Origin: Craspedostauros australis
Taxonomy: Eukaryota
Direction of reading: 5' to 3'
Assembly: GCA_030167865.1 (NCBI GenBank)
Contig: JALAGF010004238.1
Location: 1 to 43,938, forward strand
DNA length: 43,938 nucleotides
Under the pieces are notes generated by a model, which was not told the origin of the DNA, searched no databases, and was given only the letters and a program-made list of their open reading frames with translations. How positions within the stretch are numbered: the stretch's first letter is position 1; each line of letters starts with the position of its first letter. Positions 40,027 to 43,938 of this stretch are shown piece after piece. The position numbers were made by a program, and so were the translations under genes.

Positions 40027-41711
40027 TCAATGATCATCCTGCATGACCCACGGAGGACACCCGATGGCCGGCAGATTCTCCTGCGGCGCGGCGCAGCTCG
40101 CAATCTTCTCATCCCACGTGTTCATGACGCAGTACCATTCCCCATCGTTGGTCCGATCCATGACGTTGGACTTGGCGTCCATGGTGCGCAGGATGGTGCG
40201 CCACTTTCCGCAGGATGGGTTGCAGCAGCGGATCCATTCGTAGGGCTCCTTGGCGTTGGTGGTGACCTGCCGCTTCTTTCCCCGCGTGAGCGTTGGCTGG
40301 CGTGCCTCGTAGGCCTCGTTGCTTTGGAGGCGGCGCACCCAGACGCGCAGGTGCTTTCGCGTGCGCGCATCTGCGGCGCTTTCGGGGGTGTGGGAGGTAT
40401 CGTACTCTTCCTCCGGTGCGGAGCATCTGGCACGTTCCGGGTCGTTCTTGTTCATGGAGCAGTACCACTTGGATGGCAGCTTCTTTTCGTCGACGACGCC
40501 GCGGAGACGACGCCACTTCTTGCATTTATCGCACTCCACCCAGGTCGCGTTGCTCTGACCGGCAGTCTGGCCGAAGATGGATCCCTCGTCCTTGTCGAGA
40601 TCGTTGCCGCTGCCCGAATCGCTCTTGTCCGTCATGCGATCGCTGTCGTTGTGGCCCGATCCGCTGGACGTGCGATCATCCTCCTTGACGCGCTTGCCCT
40701 TTTTCTTCTTCTTGCGAGCATGGCGGCGGGACTCGGTGTCGTCGTGCAGAGAAGGTGCTCCCATGGCGCCGAATGCAGCAGCTCCCTTGGAGGCGGTGCC
40801 TGATGCTGCACGCTCCAACCACAGATGCTTGCGCGCCGCCTGCATGAGATGGTTGCGATCGAAGCGGATGCTCTGCCCCCTGTAGATGCAATGGGTGTCC
40901 TCGCCTTCCGAATCCGTCTCGACGATGGATCCATTCGCCGAGTACTGATCTTCCTCAAGCGCTTTCCGCATCTGTTCGTTGGAAGCAATCTGCGCAGAAG
41001 TCAGGCCATTCTCACGATCCGCCGCCGCTTTGCGCTGCTGCTTCCGGTTCTTCTTTGCCTTGTTGTTGGCGTCATCCTTCTCTTTTTCCTTCTCCTTCTC
41101 CTTTTCTTTCTCCGGGTGGTGCTGTTGCTGCTGCATCGCGTGCATATTGGAGGAGAGTGTTGTTGGCGGAGCAGTATGTGCGTGCGTCCGTAAGTTGGGA
41201 AGAAATGAGTATTCAGTGCCAGTCGTGCCGTTCGTGTTGATGTAGCCGTTGGTGATGTTGCGATCGCCGTGATAAGCATGGATCGGTGCGCCATGGCGTG
41301 CGGAATTCAATAGAATGCAATGGGGTGTGGGAAGGGCAAAGAGACGTGAGTGAAGTGTGCATGGCTGCGCATGCCTGCGCATTGCGGTGATGCAGCGTTC
41401 CATTTGACGATACCGCGACCAGTCAACCCCAACAATGTTGTCAAAACCTTCGCATCTGAATCATGGATGACATCCGTGACTGGGATGCCCAACAGACACA
41501 AGAGACGCACCTTCTGACGGCGCTGCTTGATCTTCTTGTGCTTCTTGGGTGGTTCATGGGCACCACCGGCGCCATCCCCCGTGGGCGGAGGCGTGGCGGT
41601 CTTGCGCTTCTTGCGGATGACCTTCTTCTTGCGCACTTCCGAGCCAGACGCAGCGGGACGATCTGCGCCGGAAGAGACGTGCATGGATTGCGACGCGGCC
41701 GACGACGACAT
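40027..41711 (-). CDS. Nuclear protein with two CW-type zinc fingers; exons approx. 41711-41511 and 41130-40027
   Basis: Two zf-CW motifs, WVECDKCKKWRRL...KWYCSMN...CSAPEE and WIRCCNPSCGKWR...WYCVMNTWDEKIASCAAPQE, plus Lys-rich NLS-like tracts. The donor GTGCGT is at 41510. The acceptor position within a CAG run is uncertain. Confidence 0.85.
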
Positions 41712-42646
41712 GATCGCTTCGCTGTTGCGGTGCTTCATGTGATGTTTGTCGTGTTGTTGCTTGGGTGATGGGCGCGGTGGTGGATGCGTAGGTGTGTGGA
41801 TGCTTGGGTCTCTGGTTGAATGAGGGGACCGCACTGCTGCCAACGGAGGATGGGTGCGAATCCAACCGTCGCTTGTGACTCTGTCCAACCAAGAGCGAGT
41901 GTCGGCGCTTGCAATGCCGAACTTGTCCTCTGCTTCCTCAATGCCTGTCCCAACAAAAGTATAATAACTTGGGATGGAGTATGTGACGATGCTTCAATGC
42001 TGCCTCGCTATCACCCTTCCTCAGATTGCAATGCTGCACCTCCCTTCTCTGCTCAGTGCTCTTCTCTGTCGTTCGCAATCTCCTGACTGCTGCCTCTTGT
42101 GTTTGGTGTGAAGTGTTCTCGATTGTTTTTGTGTCTGTGTTGTCGGTCTTGTCGGAGCCGTTGTTGAGGTTGTCGCGTTGTGTCAGAAGCTCTCCGCCTC
42201 GTTTTTCGGCGTTTTTGTGTATCAATCTGACTTTTGTCACGTCGATTCTTGTTGGCGTTCATTTGCGTTGCGCGCGGTTCGCGCACTTTTCGGAACTGTC
42301 AGATTCAACTATCGACCCATTCGACCATCCGAATCTGGATATTGCCGCAACTTCCAATAGTTCAGAACAAACCCCGCGAAATCGGAGCGACGATAAATCC
42401 GCCAACTCCGACCGATGGATACCCGCGCAGATGTGCACAACACCACCCACAACCAACAGATCGAAAGATCGACAAATCCGAGAGCATCAAGTCCACAAAC
42501 CGGCCAGGCCGCGCGTGCTTCCTGGGCGTCTCCGCAGGCCCATCAACCTCCGAACAGGACGTCAGCCGGCAAGGCACACCCGAGGTCATTCGTTCATTCA
42601 TCCGTCCATTCACTCGGCAAGCACACAGACAAGCACGAAACCAACG

Positions 42647-43938
42647 ATGAGAAAATACAGCAAATTGCACACCATGGATACGGAGACAGCGACGGATGTA
42701 GCCACAGTTACAGAAACAGAAACAGAGATAGGCGCAGACAGAGACGCAGGTCGAGACAGACATCACACCATGGTCGCAACGAATGACTCCATCACTCAGA
42801 CGGAAGGATCCGAAGTCGGCGATGACCTCCTCAAGCCGTTCGATCTTCTTCTGGATCCCAAGACGGAATCGGCACAAAGATCGGCGAAACGTCGCAGATC
42901 GGATTGGAGGCACCAGGTGATTGTGGCGTTGCAGTGCGTCCTGGGAGTCAGCTCCCACCATAATCACCATCATCATCATCATCATCATAACCATAACGAC
43001 CATCACAGGGGCGTGGCTTCCGTCAATCGATCCGATCAAGACAGCAGCAGCTTCGATCATCTCACTCGCGCCGAGGATTACGAGCATGATGACAGCCAGC
43101 GACCATCGCGGCGCAGACGGTCTTTCCTCTATGCTGGATTGCTGGCCATCGGCGTGGGCTCCATCTACAGCTTGAGACGACCGTTGCGACAGCGCATGCG
43201 GCTCCTCATTCCCGTCATTCTGGCGGCGCTGCGGCGACCCGACTACGCTGGTGCCAAGGAGGTGCCCATCTCGTGGCTGCGCGATGCGGCGCTGGTCGGG
43301 GTCGTCAAGCGGGCCCTCGTGGATTCCACGACGATCATCTTTCAGGTGCACGGCAAGTGGAAGCGATCCGCCCTGCCGCCCAACAGCCCGTCCATCCAGG
43401 CGGATCTCATGGATGCCTTGTCGCGTGGCGGATGTCCCGACATCGCTGCCCTGCCGCAGTCGCTGTCGTCCAAAGCATCCGCCGCTCTGCTCGTCGCGCT
43501 GCCCTTCGTGTACCTCGCCTTCGCCTACCGCATGCTCAAGAACATGCATGGCGGAGAAGACATACTGTCCAACGTCACGCCGCATCGCCGTCAGCAGACC
43601 ACCTTCCGCGATGTTGCGGGCTTGCCCAACGTCATCCCGGAGCTGTACGAGATCGTGTCCTACCTCGAGAATCCGCGGCACTACCAGCAGCTCGGCGCCA
43701 CACCACCGCGTGGTGTGCTGTTGCACGGACCGCCCGGCACGGGCAAGACCCTGCTCGCCAAGGCGGTGGCCGGGGAGGCCAACTGCGATGCCTTCCTCGT
43801 CTGCAGCGGCAGCGATTTTTGTGAAATGTACGTGGGTCGCGGCAGCGCGCGTGTGCGTGCCGTCTTCCGCAAGGCCCGCAACGACGCGTACCGCAACCGT
43901 TTCGGGGTGTGGCATTCCCTCTTGTCGTGGATGGCACC
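42647..43938 (+). CDS. ftsH: FtsH-family membrane AAA ATPase/protease, 3'-truncated by window edge (absent from the ORF track)
   Basis: Manual translation from ATG 42647 or 42674 is open to the window end. Two hydrophobic segments precede TTFRDVAG...ELYEIVSYLENP...LGATPPRGVLLHGPPGTGKTLLAKAVAGEA...SGSDFCEMYVGRGSARVRAVF. The protease domain lies outside the window. Confidence 0.85.
   Translation, partial: MRKYSKLHTMDTETATDVATVTETETEIGADRDAGRDRHHTMVATNDSITQTEGSEVGDDLLKPFDLLLDPKTESAQRSAKRRRSDWRHQVIVALQCVLGVSSHHNHHHHHHHHNHNDHHRGVASVNRSDQDSSSFDHLTRAEDYEHDDSQRPSRRRRSFLYAGLLAIGVGSIYSLRRPLRQRMRLLIPVILAALRRPDYAGAKEVPISWLRDAALVGVVKRALVDSTTIIFQVHGKWKRSALPPNSPSIQADLMDALSRGGCPDIAALPQSLSSKASAALLVALPFVYLAFAYRMLKNMHGGEDILSNVTPHRRQQTTFRDVAGLPNVIPELYEIVSYLENPRHYQQLGATPPRGVLLHGPPGTGKTLLAKAVAGEANCDAFLVCSGSDFCEMYVGRGSARVRAVFRKARNDAYRNRFGVWHSLLSWMA

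Noticed and set aside
1489-41711. Apparent thematic clustering (chromatin: bromodomain, ARP6, zf-CW; RNA/tRNA: psuG, miaA, hisS; several plastid proteins)
   Set aside because: The genes are interspersed with unrelated ones on mixed strands. Such categories are common in any gene-dense eukaryotic region, so there is no evidence for a functional cluster.
42362-43915. 517-aa minus-strand ORF
   Set aside because: It is the antisense shadow of the plus-strand FtsH frame, which the ORF track omitted because that frame has no stop inside the window.
1-43938. Prokaryotic features (operons, CRISPR arrays, IS elements), transposons, tRNA and rRNA genes
   Set aside because: Spliceosomal introns show eukaryotic origin. 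I saw no repeat-spacer arrays, transposase or reverse transcriptase motifs, or cloverleaf/rRNA signatures by eye. tRNAscan-SE and Infernal would be needed to exclude small RNAs.

Overview
This is eukaryotic nuclear DNA from a gene-dense stramenopile, most likely a diatom. The evidence is short GT-AG introns, bipartite plastid presequences with ASAF-like cleavage sites, and an SLC4 bicarbonate transporter. I can support 22 protein-coding genes, two of them cut by the window edges. I found no RNA genes, CRISPR arrays or recognisable transposons. Five observations stand out. (1) A NELF-B/COBRA1-like protein fused to a bromodomain, with an N-terminal exon missing from the ORF track. (2) A 98-aa plastid-targeted microprotein sharing a 27-aa motif with the neighbouring plastid aldose-1-epimerase, with mostly synonymous divergence. 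(3) A cluster of CO2/cAMP-responsive-element-like motifs upstream of the SLC4 gene. (4) A recurrent sense-strand GAGTAGAG 8-mer downstream of many stop codons. (5) An unusually GC-rich, intronless histidyl-tRNA synthetase. All family calls come from motifs recognised by eye; no database searches were run.
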